Positions 9,768-19,446 of a stretch of DNA of 64,000 nucleotides are shown here, piece by piece (positions within the stretch are counted from its first letter, which is position 1; each line of letters starts with the position of its first letter). Source of the DNA: a bacterium (GTDB lineage: Archaea > Thermoplasmatota > E2 > JACPAO01 > JAHFTW01). Below the pieces are notes generated by a model. The model did no database searches, was not told the origin of the DNA, and saw only the letters and a list, made by a program, of their open reading frames with translations. The position numbers and the translations under genes are program-made. The stretch covers positions 128,001 to 192,000 of the forward strand of contig JAZJZE010000011.1 in NCBI GenBank assembly GCA_040390065.1. The letters are read 5' to 3'.

Positions 9768-10916
9768 CTAGGCCGACGCCCGGATGACCTTGTACCCAGC
9801 CGGATTCTTGGCCATCTCGCTGGCCTTCTTCGCCGCTTCCTGCAGCGTATTGGCGGTCTCAAGGCCGAAGGAGTGCAGAATCTCGTTGGCTTCCTTGGCG
9901 TTCGTGCCCTGGATGCGCGTGATGATGGGGAACTCGAGGCCTTCCTTCTGCAGGACGGAGACGAGACCCTTTGCGACGGTGTCGCACTTCGTGATGCCGC
10001 CGAACAGGTTGAGGAACATGACCTTGGGCTTGGCGCGCTTCATGAGCCGCACGGCCTCGGCGACCTTCTCTGGGTTGTCCGTGCCGCTGAGGTCCAGGAA
10101 GATTCCGGCCTTGCCGCCGAATTGCGTGAGCGCGTCGAGAGTCGCCATCGTCAGCCCGGCGCCGTTGGCCATGACGCCGATGTCGCCGTCCAGTTGGACG
10201 AGGGCGACGCCTTTGTTCTTGGCGTCCTGCTCGAGTTCGGTCATGGACTCGTCGCGCTGCTGGAACTCCTTGTGGCGAGGTAGGGCGGAGTCGTTCAGGA
10301 CGACCTTGGCGTCGCCGGCGACGACGCGGCCATCGGCCAGACGGGCAAGCGGGTTCACTTCGACGAGTTCCGCGTCCATCTGCACGAAGATGGTGTACAG
10401 CTTCTCCAGGATTGCCGCAATCTGTTTCTGCGTGTCCGCGTCGAGGCCGGACTTCAGGAGGACGGCGCGGGCATGGAACGGCTGGAATCCGGACAACGGG
10501 TCGATGGTCGTCTTGAAGATGCGGTCTTCCGGGACGGACTCGATCTCGACGCCGCCGTCGGGGCTGAAGATGAGCATGAACTTGCGCGTCGCGCGGTCGA
10601 CGAGGAGGGAGGCGTAGAATTCCTTCTGGAAATCGAGTTTCTGGGCCACCATGACCTTCTTCGTGATGTGGCCCTTGATGTCGAGGCCGAGGATGCCCTT
10701 GGCGACGTCGCGAAGCTGCGCCGCGTTGTCGGCGAACTTGACGCCGCCCGCTTTGCCGCGCCCGCCGACCAGGACCTGCGCCTTGACGACGACGGGGTAG
10801 TGGGCCTGGCCGATCTTCTGGTCAAGTTCCGCAAGGGACTCGACGACGAAGCCCTTCGCACAGGGAACGCCGAAGCGCTCGTAGATGTCGCGGCCCTGGT
10901 ACTCGTAGAGGTTCAA
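9768..10916 (-). CDS. sucC: Succinyl-CoA synthetase beta subunit
   Basis: NLYEYQG, KAQVLVGGRGKAGGV, EVNPL, NGAGLTMATLD; TTG start. Confidence 0.97.
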   Translation of the reverse strand: MNLYEYQGRDIYERFGVPCAKGFVVESLAELDQKIGQAHYPVVVKAQVLVGGRGKAGGVKFADNAAQLRDVAKGILGLDIKGHITKKVMVAQKLDFQKEFYASLLVDRATRKFMLIFSPDGGVEIESVPEDRIFKTTIDPLSGFQPFHARAVLLKSGLDADTQKQIAAILEKLYTIFVQMDAELVEVNPLARLADGRVVAGDAKVVLNDSALPRHKEFQQRDESMTELEQDAKNKGVALVQLDGDIGVMANGAGLTMATLDALTQFGGKAGIFLDLSGTDNPEKVAEAVRLMKRAKPKVMFLNLFGGITKCDTVAKGLVSVLQKEGLEFPIITRIQGTNAKEANEILHSFGLETANTLQEAAKKASEMAKNPAGYKVIRASA

Positions 10917-11080
10917 CCCTGCACCCTCGGCGTCGCGACAGGGGCATGCGATAAGAGGATTTGGAGCGGGGGCGGCCGCGACGTGAACACGTTCGACGCA
11001 CGCTTCTTGAAGTGTGCGCCGCCGCTTTTGCAGCCACGCGGATTGTCCACTCTTGCCCGCACGGTCGGGCAGATGAAACC

Positions 11081-11644
11081 ATGACCTCCAACACCCAGAA
11101 GACCCTGAAGAACGTCGGCGTTGCCGCCCTCATGACCCTCGTTGGCTTTGCGGCCATCGTCACGTTTGCCCCCCAGGCCAACGCACACAACTGCAGCGGC
11201 ACGTGGGAGAGCGATTGCGGCGGCTGCTCCAGCGGCACGCACAGCCACAGCTGGACCCTCCTCGTGCCCGGCGGCTGCTCGTCCTGGTGCTCCGACCCGA
11301 GCGCCTGCGACCCCGGAACGGGCTCCGGCTTCGGTGTCACCATGAAGAAGCTCGGCTCGGTCACGCTCAACCAGCTGGCCGCCTGCAACGAGAACTCCAG
11401 CTTCAACTACTACGACGGTGGCTGGTTCGCGGTCAACAACCAGGCTGGCCGCAACTACAAGCTCAGCTCCACGCCGGCCCTGACGAGCTCCGTCTCGTTC
11501 TACCAGCTCGGCTCGACGGGCACCTGCACGAAGCTGCAGTCCGATGGCTTCCGCGTCCCCCAGGGCACGAACTACATCCTGCTCTCGGCCGACTCCGGCG
11601 AGGGCACCGCCCAGCTGCTGACGATGCCGTCCGGCACCCAGTAG
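11081..11644 (+). CDS. Secreted Cys-rich protein (187 aa, 8 Cys)
   Basis: Signal peptide ending PQANA; N-terminal HNC..C..C...HSH..C...C....C module; strongly C/G-ending codons. Confidence 0.8.
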   Translation: MTSNTQKTLKNVGVAALMTLVGFAAIVTFAPQANAHNCSGTWESDCGGCSSGTHSHSWTLLVPGGCSSWCSDPSACDPGTGSGFGVTMKKLGSVTLNQLAACNENSSFNYYDGGWFAVNNQAGRNYKLSSTPALTSSVSFYQLGSTGTCTKLQSDGFRVPQGTNYILLSADSGEGTAQLLTMPSGTQ

Positions 11645-11654
11645 AATCGACGTC

Positions 11655-11686
11655 GTTTTCTCTTCCCCTCTTTCCATCCTTTTCTT
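11655..11686 (+). terminator. Pyrimidine-rich terminator tract
   Basis: GTTTTCTCTTCCCCTCTTTCCATCCTTTTCTT just after the stop at 11644, between convergent genes. Confidence 0.55.
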
Positions 11687-11702
11687 GGGACGTGGCGCCT
11701 GC

Positions 11703-12242
11703 CTAGCAGAGCAAGTGGCCGGCGGTCGCCGCCCGGATGCTCTCCGACATCGCCGCCAAGGCCGCATCGTCCACACCCGTGGCGCCGTCGGCCGGCGTCA
11801 CGAAGGAGAGGATGCGCCCCGAACGCACGGCGTGGCCAATCGTCACGGGGCACGCTCCCGATGACTCGATGCGCTCGGCGTCCGCGTCGGTGCCGAGCTT
11901 CACGGCCAGGCTGAGGACGATGGCGTGGTGGTCGGCTGCCTTCCACGCCATGCCCACATACAGAGTCTCGCTCCCGTAGCGCCGCGCCGCATCGGCGTCG
12001 CGTGCGTAGCCGGGGTTCGATGCCATCCCGAGGAAGGCCGTCAGGTTGCCGAGGGCCGGGTCGCCGAACGTGGCCGTCTCGTAGCCGGCTGGCATCGCGT
12101 AGGATGTGGCCACGAAGGCGTCCGGGTAGATCGTGTCGGCCGCCTTCTGCGAACACCCGGGGAGGTTTGCAAGCAGGGTCAGGGCGACGATGGCCTTCAG
12201 GGCGGCGTGAGGCACAAAACGCGCCAGCCCAAGCCGGCTCAT
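11703..12242 (-). CDS. Hypothetical lipoprotein (start uncertain)
   Basis: Hydrophobic leader ending LPGC; fills the gap between confident genes. Confidence 0.6.
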   Translation of the reverse strand: MSRLGLARFVPHAALKAIVALTLLANLPGCSQKAADTIYPDAFVATSYAMPAGYETATFGDPALGNLTAFLGMASNPGYARDADAARRYGSETLYVGMAWKAADHHAIVLSLAVKLGTDADAERIESSGACPVTIGHAVRSGRILSFVTPADGATGVDDAALAAMSESIRAATAGHLLC

Positions 12243-12354
12243 CACGTTTGCTCCTGGGCAGGGCGGAGCCGGGCCGGGGCAAAACCGCGCGCAAGCAGGC
12301 CGCCTAGGCTTTTGCCCGCGGCGCGTTGGGCGTCCCGTGCACCGCCTCCGCCTC

Positions 12355-12636
12355 ATGGTCCGTGAGGGCTGGCGGCCGCTGTGGGTCGTGCTCAACGTGC
12401 TCCCCGTCCCCGGCGTCGGCGCCATGGTGGTCGGCCGGCGCAACGCGCACACGAAACTGCTGCGCAACGGCATCCTGCAATGCGTCCTCGTCGTGGGCGG
12501 CGCCTGGCCGCTTGTGGTCCCCGGCGCCGTCGGGCTGGCCTGGGCAATCGTGGATGCCGTGCGCATCGGGCAAGCGGACGTCGTGCAGTTGCCGCCGAAG
12601 CCCGGTTCGACTCCGCCGGAGCCGGCGAAGCCATAG
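12355..12636 (+). CDS. Small membrane protein (Stum/SPEC3-like or TM2-like pattern)
   Basis: VLNVLPVPGVGAM...GILQ.VL...VGLAWAI.D hydrophobic hairpin pattern. Confidence 0.6.
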   Translation: MVREGWRPLWVVLNVLPVPGVGAMVVGRRNAHTKLLRNGILQCVLVVGGAWPLVVPGAVGLAWAIVDAVRIGQADVVQLPPKPGSTPPEPAKP

Positions 12637-12658
12637 GGGCCGGGCCCTTCACGCCGCC

Positions 12659-13480
12659 GTGGACAAGCCCGTCGTCCTCGTCACTGGCTGCTCGTCCGGC
12701 ATCGGCCGCGAAGCCGTGCGCCACCTTGCCAAGGCCGGCGCATTGGTCGTCGCGACGGCGCGCCGCACCGAGTCCATCGCGGACGTTGCCCGCCCCGGCG
12801 AGGTCGAGTGCCTGCGCCTCGACGTGGCCGACGACGCAAGCCGCGCTGCCTGCATCGCCGAAGTGCTGGAGCGCTTCGGCCGCATCGACGTCCTCGTCAA
12901 CAACGCGGGCTACGGCGCCAACCTCACGGTCGAGGAGATGCCGCCGGAGAAACTGCGCGCCATGTTCGAGGTCAACCTGTTCGGCGCGCACGACCTCATG
13001 CGACGGGTCCTGCCCGCGATGCGCGCGCGTGGCTCCGGCCGCATCGTCAACGTCTCCTCCGTCGCCGGCCACATCGCGGTCCCCATGATGGGGCCTTACT
13101 GCGCAACCAAGTTCGCCCTGCGAGCCTTGACGCAGAGCCTCGACAACGAAGTGCGACGCTTCGGGGTGCGCGCGGTCCTCGTCGAGCCGGCGTGGATCGC
13201 CACGGACTTCGGCAAGCGCGTCATCGCGGAGGGCCTCGACGAGGAGGCTGAACGGCGCAGCCCGTACGCCAACCTGTACGCCTTTTGGCGCCGCCGCCGC
13301 AGCACGCCGCGGGGCCCGCCCCCCGCCGTCGTGGCAAAGGCCATCATGCATGCAAGCCTCGCGCAGAGCCCCAAGTTCCACAACTTCGTGCCGGTCGGCG
13401 CCAAGTTCATGAATGCCGGCAAGCGGCTCCTGCCGGATGCGTTGACGAGTTGGTCGCTGCGGCGGTACTTCTCCCGTTGA
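12659..13480 (+). CDS. Short-chain dehydrogenase/reductase
   Basis: TGCSSGIG, NNAG, NVSS, catalytic YCATK. Confidence 0.95.
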   Translation: MDKPVVLVTGCSSGIGREAVRHLAKAGALVVATARRTESIADVARPGEVECLRLDVADDASRAACIAEVLERFGRIDVLVNNAGYGANLTVEEMPPEKLRAMFEVNLFGAHDLMRRVLPAMRARGSGRIVNVSSVAGHIAVPMMGPYCATKFALRALTQSLDNEVRRFGVRAVLVEPAWIATDFGKRVIAEGLDEEAERRSPYANLYAFWRRRRSTPRGPPPAVVAKAIMHASLAQSPKFHNFVPVGAKFMNAGKRLLPDALTSWSLRRYFSR

Positions 13481-13567
13481 CCGGCGAGTCAACAGATGGA
13501 ACCGATGAAACCGAGGCGATGTCAGCAATCTGCTCCATCGCGTTCATCTGTTGATGGCGGGCGGCCG

Positions 13568-14539
13568 TCAGGAGCGCAGCCGGACTCCCGCCGCGAACTC
13601 GGCGACCAACTGCGCCGCCGTGCGCGCCGTGTTTCCCGACGGGTCCAGGTTCGGCGCCACTTCGACCAGATCCATGCCGCGGCAGCGCGGGTCCGAAGCG
13701 ACGGTCCGTACCAGGAGGGCCGCTTCTTGGAACGTCAAGCCGCCAGCCCCTGGCGCGCTGCAACCGCTCGCGATGGATTGGTCGAGGCCATCGATGTCGA
13801 CGCTCAGCCAGATGTGAGCCGTGCCCGCGCCGGCCTGGCGCAGGGCCTTGGCGGCGACCTTCCGCATGCCGCGACGGTGCACCTCGCCCGCCGTGTGGAT
13901 CGGCATGCCGGCTGCGGCCGCGTAGTCGGCAAGCGCCTTCGTGTTGGCAAACGGCCGGGTGCCCACCTCTGCCAGATTGCGGCCGGCGACGCGGCCGTCG
14001 AGTTCCTCCAGGATGCGGCGGTAGGGCGTGCCACTGGTGGGCTGACCTTGGTAGGCCCGGACGTCGTAGTGGGCGTCGAGGACGACGACGCCGATGGGGC
14101 CGGTGACGGTACCTGCTAGGGCTTGGACGACCGGGAAGGACAGTGAATTGTCGCCGCCGAGGACCACGACGGGCTGACCCGTTGGGAATGCGCCGCGCAT
14201 TGTCGCGTCCACGACCCGGTGGGCGGCCTTCACGTCCTGCTCCGGGAGGCCCGCGATGTCGCCGAGGTCGTGGATGCGCAGCCCGGACAGGTCGACGTCT
14301 GCATCGGCGTCATGCGTTGCTACGAAACGCAGCGCTTCCCGAATCGCTGTCGGCCCGCCCCGCGCTCCCTTGCGCCCGATCACGGCCTCGTCGAACGGGA
14401 TGCCGCACAGAAGCATGGCCGCCGCCGCGCGGTCGTCGACGAACAGGTCGAGAAGGCGCGGGTCGGATGCGCCGGCGCGGCGTTCCGGCAGGGCGGCGGG
14501 GCTCGGCGCAAACGGCATCGCTGTGCCCATCCAGACCAT
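13568..14539 (-). CDS. hutG: Formimidoylglutamase (arginase/agmatinase family)
   Basis: GGDNS, DAHYD, SVDIDGLD, PGAGG, EVAPNLD; adjacent to hutI. Start may be 14518. Confidence 0.85.
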   Translation of the reverse strand: MVWMGTAMPFAPSPAALPERRAGASDPRLLDLFVDDRAAAAMLLCGIPFDEAVIGRKGARGGPTAIREALRFVATHDADADVDLSGLRIHDLGDIAGLPEQDVKAAHRVVDATMRGAFPTGQPVVVLGGDNSLSFPVVQALAGTVTGPIGVVVLDAHYDVRAYQGQPTSGTPYRRILEELDGRVAGRNLAEVGTRPFANTKALADYAAAAGMPIHTAGEVHRRGMRKVAAKALRQAGAGTAHIWLSVDIDGLDQSIASGCSAPGAGGLTFQEAALLVRTVASDPRCRGMDLVEVAPNLDPSGNTARTAAQLVAEFAAGVRLRS

Positions 14540-14600
14540 CCGCTTGAACGCGTCGGCTTGCCGCCGGCACGCTCAAACCCCGATCCCATCTGGCCGCGGC

Positions 14601-15860
14601 GTGGCCGACGACGGACGCGACCAGACGGTGGACCTTCTCATCCGCACGGGCACCGTCGCCACCATGGAAGGTCCGCAGTCGCCGCGCGACGGCACGTTTG
14701 CCAACGACTGCGGCCTCGAGGCAGGTTGGACCGTCGCCGTCAAGAACGACCGCATCGCGTGGGTCGGCCCCGATCCGGAGTGGCGGGGCAAGGCGAAGAC
14801 CACCCTGAACGCCAAGCGCCGGCTCGTGACACCCGGCTTCGTCGACAGCCACACGCATCTCGTCTACGGCGGCGACCGGGCGAACGAGCTCAAGCAGAAA
14901 CTCGCCGGCAAGTCCTACATGCAGATCCTCGCCGATGGCGGCGGCATCATGTCGACGGTGCGCGCGACACGCGAGGCCACGGACAACGAACTGGAAGAGC
15001 AGGCCCTCGACCGGCTGCGCCGCATGGTGCACCACGGCACGACGACCCTCGAGGCGAAGTCCGGCTACGGCCTCGACACGAAGGCCGAGCTGCGCATCCT
15101 CGGCGTGGCGCCGCGCCTGTTCAAACGGACCGGCATCCCGATCGTCTCGACGTTCCTGGGCGCACACGCCGTCCCGGACGAGTTCAAGGGCCGCACGGAT
15201 GCCTATGTCGACCTCGTCGTCGACGAGATGCTCCCGGAGGTCCACAAGCAGGAAGTGGCCCGTTTCTGCGACGTGTTCGTGGAGGACGGCGTCTTCACAT
15301 TCGAGCATGGCCACCGCATCCTCACGGCGGCGAAGAAGGCCGGCTTCGAGGTCCGCCTGCATGCGGATGAACTGTCCAACACGAAGGGCGCAGAGCTCGC
15401 GGCGCAGGTCGGGTGCCTGTCCGCCGACCACCTGCTGCGCATCTCGGAGGAGGGCGTGCAGGCGATGGCGGAGGCCGGTACAATCGCCACCCTTCTGCCG
15501 ACGGTGCCGCTCACGATGATACAACCGCAGTGGGCGCCCGCCCGGAAACTCCTCGACGCATTGGTGCCTGTGGCCCTCGCGTCCGACCACAACCCGAACA
15601 ACCCCGTCCTCAGCATGGGGCTCGTCGGCCAACTGGGCAGCTATGCCATGGGCCTGACACCCGCTCAAGCCATGACGGCAGTGACGTGGAACGCCGCGTG
15701 CGCCCTCGGCGTCGAGACCCAGGTCGGTTCACTCGAGGTGGGCAAGAAGGCGAACCTCTTGCTGCACGACTGCAGCGACTTGGCCCATTGGACGTACGCC
15801 TTGGGCCACAACTCCGTGACGCACGTCGTCCTCAACGGCAAGATCGTCCCCAAGGCGTGA
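14601..15860 (+). CDS. hutI: Imidazolonepropionase
   Basis: PGFVDSHTH, GGGIMSTV, EAKSGYGL, FLGAH, LHADE, SADHL, DHNP. Confidence 0.95.
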   Translation: MADDGRDQTVDLLIRTGTVATMEGPQSPRDGTFANDCGLEAGWTVAVKNDRIAWVGPDPEWRGKAKTTLNAKRRLVTPGFVDSHTHLVYGGDRANELKQKLAGKSYMQILADGGGIMSTVRATREATDNELEEQALDRLRRMVHHGTTTLEAKSGYGLDTKAELRILGVAPRLFKRTGIPIVSTFLGAHAVPDEFKGRTDAYVDLVVDEMLPEVHKQEVARFCDVFVEDGVFTFEHGHRILTAAKKAGFEVRLHADELSNTKGAELAAQVGCLSADHLLRISEEGVQAMAEAGTIATLLPTVPLTMIQPQWAPARKLLDALVPVALASDHNPNNPVLSMGLVGQLGSYAMGLTPAQAMTAVTWNAACALGVETQVGSLEVGKKANLLLHDCSDLAHWTYALGHNSVTHVVLNGKIVPKA

Positions 15861-15930
15861 CTTGCCGGGACGGCGCAGTCCTTTTGGGGCAAGTCCGATG
15901 CAGGCCGGCCCTCCGGGGCAGATGTGACCC

Positions 15931-16215
15931 ATGCGAACCTCCATGATTCTAGGTGCCCTCGTCCTCGTCCTGGCCGCGACGGTCTTCGTCCCGCAAGCCT
16001 CCGCGGGGTGCGTCATCCCACGCGGCCTGACCATCTGCGTGTCGGGTGACCCAACGCACGGAAATGCCCATGCATGTGCGGCGACGCAGGTGGGGCCACA
16101 GCCCGTTTCGGCCTGCGCCGATTCGACGCTCGACCAATGTGGCGGTGGCGTCGACGTCACCGTCCAGCACCGCACCGTGCCCGTCTTCCACTTCCCGTGC
16201 CCCGGGCCGGTGTGA
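15931..16215 (+). CDS. Small secreted Cys-rich protein (94 aa, 6 Cys)
   Basis: Signal peptide ending PQASA; 6 Cys. Confidence 0.7.
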   Translation: MRTSMILGALVLVLAATVFVPQASAGCVIPRGLTICVSGDPTHGNAHACAATQVGPQPVSACADSTLDQCGGGVDVTVQHRTVPVFHFPCPGPV

Positions 16216-16225
16216 GGGGATGGCC

Positions 16226-16447
16226 ATGCGCGCCGCAATCATCATCCTCATCGCCACCGCCAGCATCCTGGCCGTCGCCCCCACCGCCCACGCCGACCGC
16301 ATCTGCACCACGCAATTTCTCGGCATGACCGGCGCCTACGCCTGCGTCGACACCGAAGACGTGTGGAACAGTTGCGTGCACGTCGATTCGCCGGGCCTGT
16401 CCATCGTGTGCCGCGGCCCGAACAACCCGCCGGTGCCGCAGATCTGA
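16226..16447 (+). CDS. Small secreted Cys-rich protein (73 aa, 4 Cys)
   Basis: MRAAIIILIATASILAVAPTAHA signal peptide; 4 Cys; alternative ATG at 16220. Confidence 0.7.
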   Translation: MRAAIIILIATASILAVAPTAHADRICTTQFLGMTGAYACVDTEDVWNSCVHVDSPGLSIVCRGPNNPPVPQI

Positions 16448-16456
16448 GGTGTGAAG

Positions 16457-16726
16457 ATGAAAATCGTCCTTGCCGCCATTGCCCTCTCTGCCCTGGCCCT
16501 CTTGGTCCCCACTCCCGTTGCCGCGGTCGGCGGTTGCGTGCCGGGGACGGCCGTCTGTGCGTCCGCGGACGGTTCGGGTGCTTCCGATGCGTGCGCCGAA
16601 GCCACGTGGAGCCCCAACGACAGCGCCGGCGCCTGCAATGACGGCGGCGTCATCACGGTCTGGCGCTGCACCTTCATCAATTGCCAGGCGGCACGCGTCG
16701 ACCTCAGCAAGTACGCGGACCTGTAG
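16457..16726 (+). CDS. Small secreted Cys-rich protein (89 aa, 6 Cys)
   Basis: MKIVLAAIALSALALLVPTPVAA signal peptide; GAGGTG SD upstream; 6 Cys. Confidence 0.7.
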   Translation: MKIVLAAIALSALALLVPTPVAAVGGCVPGTAVCASADGSGASDACAEATWSPNDSAGACNDGGVITVWRCTFINCQAARVDLSKYADL

Positions 16727-16733
16727 GCCGCGC

Positions 16734-18269
16734 CTACGCGACCTCGATGCCTGCCTTGCGCAAGGCCGGCGCGAAGCCGCCCGCCTGCAGCAGAGTGGCG
16801 ATGGCGGCCACGTCGTCGGAGAGGATGCGGTCCCCCTCGAGCCTGGGCACCACCTTGCGCACGGCCGCGTGCACGGCAGCGGAGCCCTTGCCGGCCCGCA
16901 GCGGGGCCTTGAAGTCGATGGCCTGCGCAGCACACAAGGCCTCGATGGCGACCACGTTGCGGGCATTCTCCAGCACCTGCGACAGCTTGAGCGCGGAGAT
17001 GGAGCCCATCGAGACGTGGTCTTCCTGGTTCGCCGACGTCGGGATGGAGTCGACGCTTGCCGGGTGGCAGAGGACCTTGTTTTCCGAGACCAGTGCCGCC
17101 GCCACGTACTGCGCAATCATGAAGCCCGAGTTGAGGCCGCCCGCGTCGACCAGGAACGGCTTCAGGCCCTCCGACAGGTCCGGGTTGACGAGGCGCTCGA
17201 CGCGGCGTTCGGCAATGCTTGCGACCTCGGCCAAGGCGATGGCCAGGAAGTCGAGGTGGAATGCCAGGACTTCGCCGTGGAAGTTGCCTTGGCTGACGAT
17301 GTCGCCGTCGGGGAAGACGAGCGGATTGTCGGTGGCGGAGTTGATCTCAATGGTCAGGGTGGAAGCCGCCGATTCGACGACGTCGCGGCACGCGCCAAGG
17401 ACCTGCGGGATGCAACGCAACGAGTAGGCGTCCTGCACGCGCTCGCAGTTGGCGTGGCTCTTCACGATGGCGGACCCCGCGGTGAGCTTGCGCATGTTGG
17501 CGGCGACGACGCCCTGCCCGATGTGCGGTCGCGCGTCGTGCACGGCCTGGCCGAGCGGCGCAACGGAACCCATCAACGCCTCGAGGCTCATGCCGGCGAC
17601 GGCCTGCGCGTCCGCCAACAAGCGGCGGGCGTCCGTGACTTCGAGGCAGCCGATGGCGGACATCATCTGCGTCCCGTTGATCAAGGCCAGACCCTCCTTG
17701 GCTTCAAGGACGATGGGCGGCAGCCCGGCGTCCTTGAGCGCGGCTGCGGCGGGCAGGATCCGGCCGTCGGGCAACTGCACCGAACCCAGGCCGATGAGGG
17801 GCAACGCCATGTGCGCAAGAGGTGCGAGGTCGCCGGAGGCGCCGACACTGCCGCGGCTCGGGACGACCGGGACCAAGTCGCTGTTGAGCATTTCAACGAG
17901 GCGCTCGATGAGCTCGCGACGCACCCCAGAGAGGCCTTTGACGAGCGTGTTGGCGCGGATGGCCAGCATGGCACGCACGACGTCGCGGGGCAGGGGCGGG
18001 CCGACGCCGACGGCGTGGCTCATGAGCAGGTTACGTTGCAACTGCCGCACTTGGGCGGGCTCGATGCGGACGTGGGCGAATTCGCCGAAGCCTGTCGTGA
18101 TGCCGTAGGCCACTTCGCCTTTCTTGACGAGGCGGTCCACGACGGCGCGGCTGGATTGGACTGCCTTCCACGCCGTCGGAGGGATGGTCACCTTGGCGCG
18201 CTCCCGCGCGACCGCAACGACTTGGGCGATCGTCAACGAGGCGCCGTCGAGGGCGACTTGCGTGGCCAC
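16734..18269 (-). CDS. hutH: Histidine ammonia-lyase
   Basis: YGITTGFG, MIO-forming GSVGASGDL, KEGLALING, QDAYSLRC, GNFHG, QEDHVSM; GTG start at 18269. Confidence 0.97.
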   Translation of the reverse strand: MATQVALDGASLTIAQVVAVARERAKVTIPPTAWKAVQSSRAVVDRLVKKGEVAYGITTGFGEFAHVRIEPAQVRQLQRNLLMSHAVGVGPPLPRDVVRAMLAIRANTLVKGLSGVRRELIERLVEMLNSDLVPVVPSRGSVGASGDLAPLAHMALPLIGLGSVQLPDGRILPAAAALKDAGLPPIVLEAKEGLALINGTQMMSAIGCLEVTDARRLLADAQAVAGMSLEALMGSVAPLGQAVHDARPHIGQGVVAANMRKLTAGSAIVKSHANCERVQDAYSLRCIPQVLGACRDVVESAASTLTIEINSATDNPLVFPDGDIVSQGNFHGEVLAFHLDFLAIALAEVASIAERRVERLVNPDLSEGLKPFLVDAGGLNSGFMIAQYVAAALVSENKVLCHPASVDSIPTSANQEDHVSMGSISALKLSQVLENARNVVAIEALCAAQAIDFKAPLRAGKGSAAVHAAVRKVVPRLEGDRILSDDVAAIATLLQAGGFAPALRKAGIEVA

Positions 18270-18444
18270 GCGCCGCCCACCAGGGCCCGCCGTGTCAACC
18301 CTCCGGCGCCTCTTGGGCTTGACGCGCGGCCGCCCGCGCAAGCCCCCTTGCGAAATCCGTAGCACACATTCCACCCTATTCGTCAGATAGGTTCCATGCT
18401 GGAGCGCCCGCCTATTGCCAAAAGAGGAACCGTTTTGCCGGCCA

Positions 18445-18472
18445 GGCAAAGTTTAAATCTTGATACTTTTCG
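18445..18472 (+). promoter_or_regulatory. BRE/TATA-like promoter of the four-gene surface operon, with adjacent TTGATACTTT motif
   Basis: GGCAAAG-TTTAAAT at 18445-18458 within an AT-rich island, ~50 nt upstream of ATG 18510. Confidence 0.55.
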
Positions 18473-18509
18473 TTGGAGGTTGCCCAATCGGGGCTGTGGT
18501 CGGTTCGTC

Positions 18510-19439
18510 ATGGAAACACGCGTTGTATCGAAGATTAGCCTGGCTGCCGCGCTGGTTGCCCTCCTCGTCCTGCCCGTCGTCGACGGCTTGTCCGGCGGCG
18601 GCAACGTCAACAACAAGGACCCGACCGTGGAGACCTTCACGACGACGGCCGCCTCGTTCAACAACCCGACGACCGCCGTGTTCACCGGCACCATCAAGGA
18701 CCGCAACAAGGAGGGCGACCTGATCACGCTCAAGGTCGCGACCGTCAGCGGCCCGGCGACGATCGCCCAGACGTACACCATCCAGTCCGCGGACCGCTCG
18801 GCGACGACGGAGCCCGGCTCCTTCTCCGGCCTGCCCGGCTTCAAGGTCTGGAACGACAGCTCCGGCGGCTTCACCACCAGCGACGGCGTCCTGCAGTTCA
18901 AGTTCCAGTACAGTTTCTCGGTCTCCGGCACATATGTCATCCGTGCCTCCGCGCAAGATGAAGGCGCGTCCTTCTTCAGTGCCCCGGCCGCCGACCTGAC
19001 CGTCACCATCGTCGACAAGATCACGGTCGCGGCGGACCCGGTCGATGCGGCCGGCGTCGCCCAGACGAGTGCTGCCTGGGGTGCTTGGTCTGCCGATCCG
19101 GGCGCGGCCAACGTCGCCTCGGCCAACTACGTCAAGGTCACCAACTCGGGCATCACGGCGGCGCAGCAGTTCACCATCGACTTGCCGGCGGCCTTCTCGG
19201 GCGGCGGCGACTCCATCAGCGTCGACAACAACGTGCAGTTCGCCTGCACCGAAGGCACCTCCGCGCAGGCCCCGTCGGCGCTGGCGTTCACCTTCGGCAC
19301 GACGAGCGCCACGGGATCCGTGTCCCCGACGTTCACCGCGACTGGCAAGGTCATCTACTGCACCTACAAGTTGCTGGCGCTGCCGGACCCGCTCACGGAC
19401 GCCACGTACTCGGGTTCGTTCACGACCATCGCGGCGTAG
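18510..19439 (+). CDS. Secreted two-domain beta-rich protein A (putative filament major subunit)
   Basis: Signal peptide; no TM anchor; N domain shared with 21827-22891 and C domain shared with 20322-21827; two conserved Cys in the C domain. Confidence 0.85.
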   Translation: METRVVSKISLAAALVALLVLPVVDGLSGGGNVNNKDPTVETFTTTAASFNNPTTAVFTGTIKDRNKEGDLITLKVATVSGPATIAQTYTIQSADRSATTEPGSFSGLPGFKVWNDSSGGFTTSDGVLQFKFQYSFSVSGTYVIRASAQDEGASFFSAPAADLTVTIVDKITVAADPVDAAGVAQTSAAWGAWSADPGAANVASANYVKVTNSGITAAQQFTIDLPAAFSGGGDSISVDNNVQFACTEGTSAQAPSALAFTFGTTSATGSVSPTFTATGKVIYCTYKLLALPDPLTDATYSGSFTTIAA

Positions 19440-19446
19440 GTCGCCG

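Noticed and set aside
12601-12620. GGTTCGACTCC, a tRNA T-loop-like sequence (similar to CTTCGACTCC at ~38585)
   Set aside because: No cloverleaf can be built around either site; the first lies inside a CDS.
5999-16726. Small Cys-rich proteins as RiPP precursors or c-type cytochromes
   Set aside because: They have ordinary Sec signal peptides, no adjacent modifying enzymes and no CxxCH motif; disulfide-bonded secreted proteins is the simpler reading.
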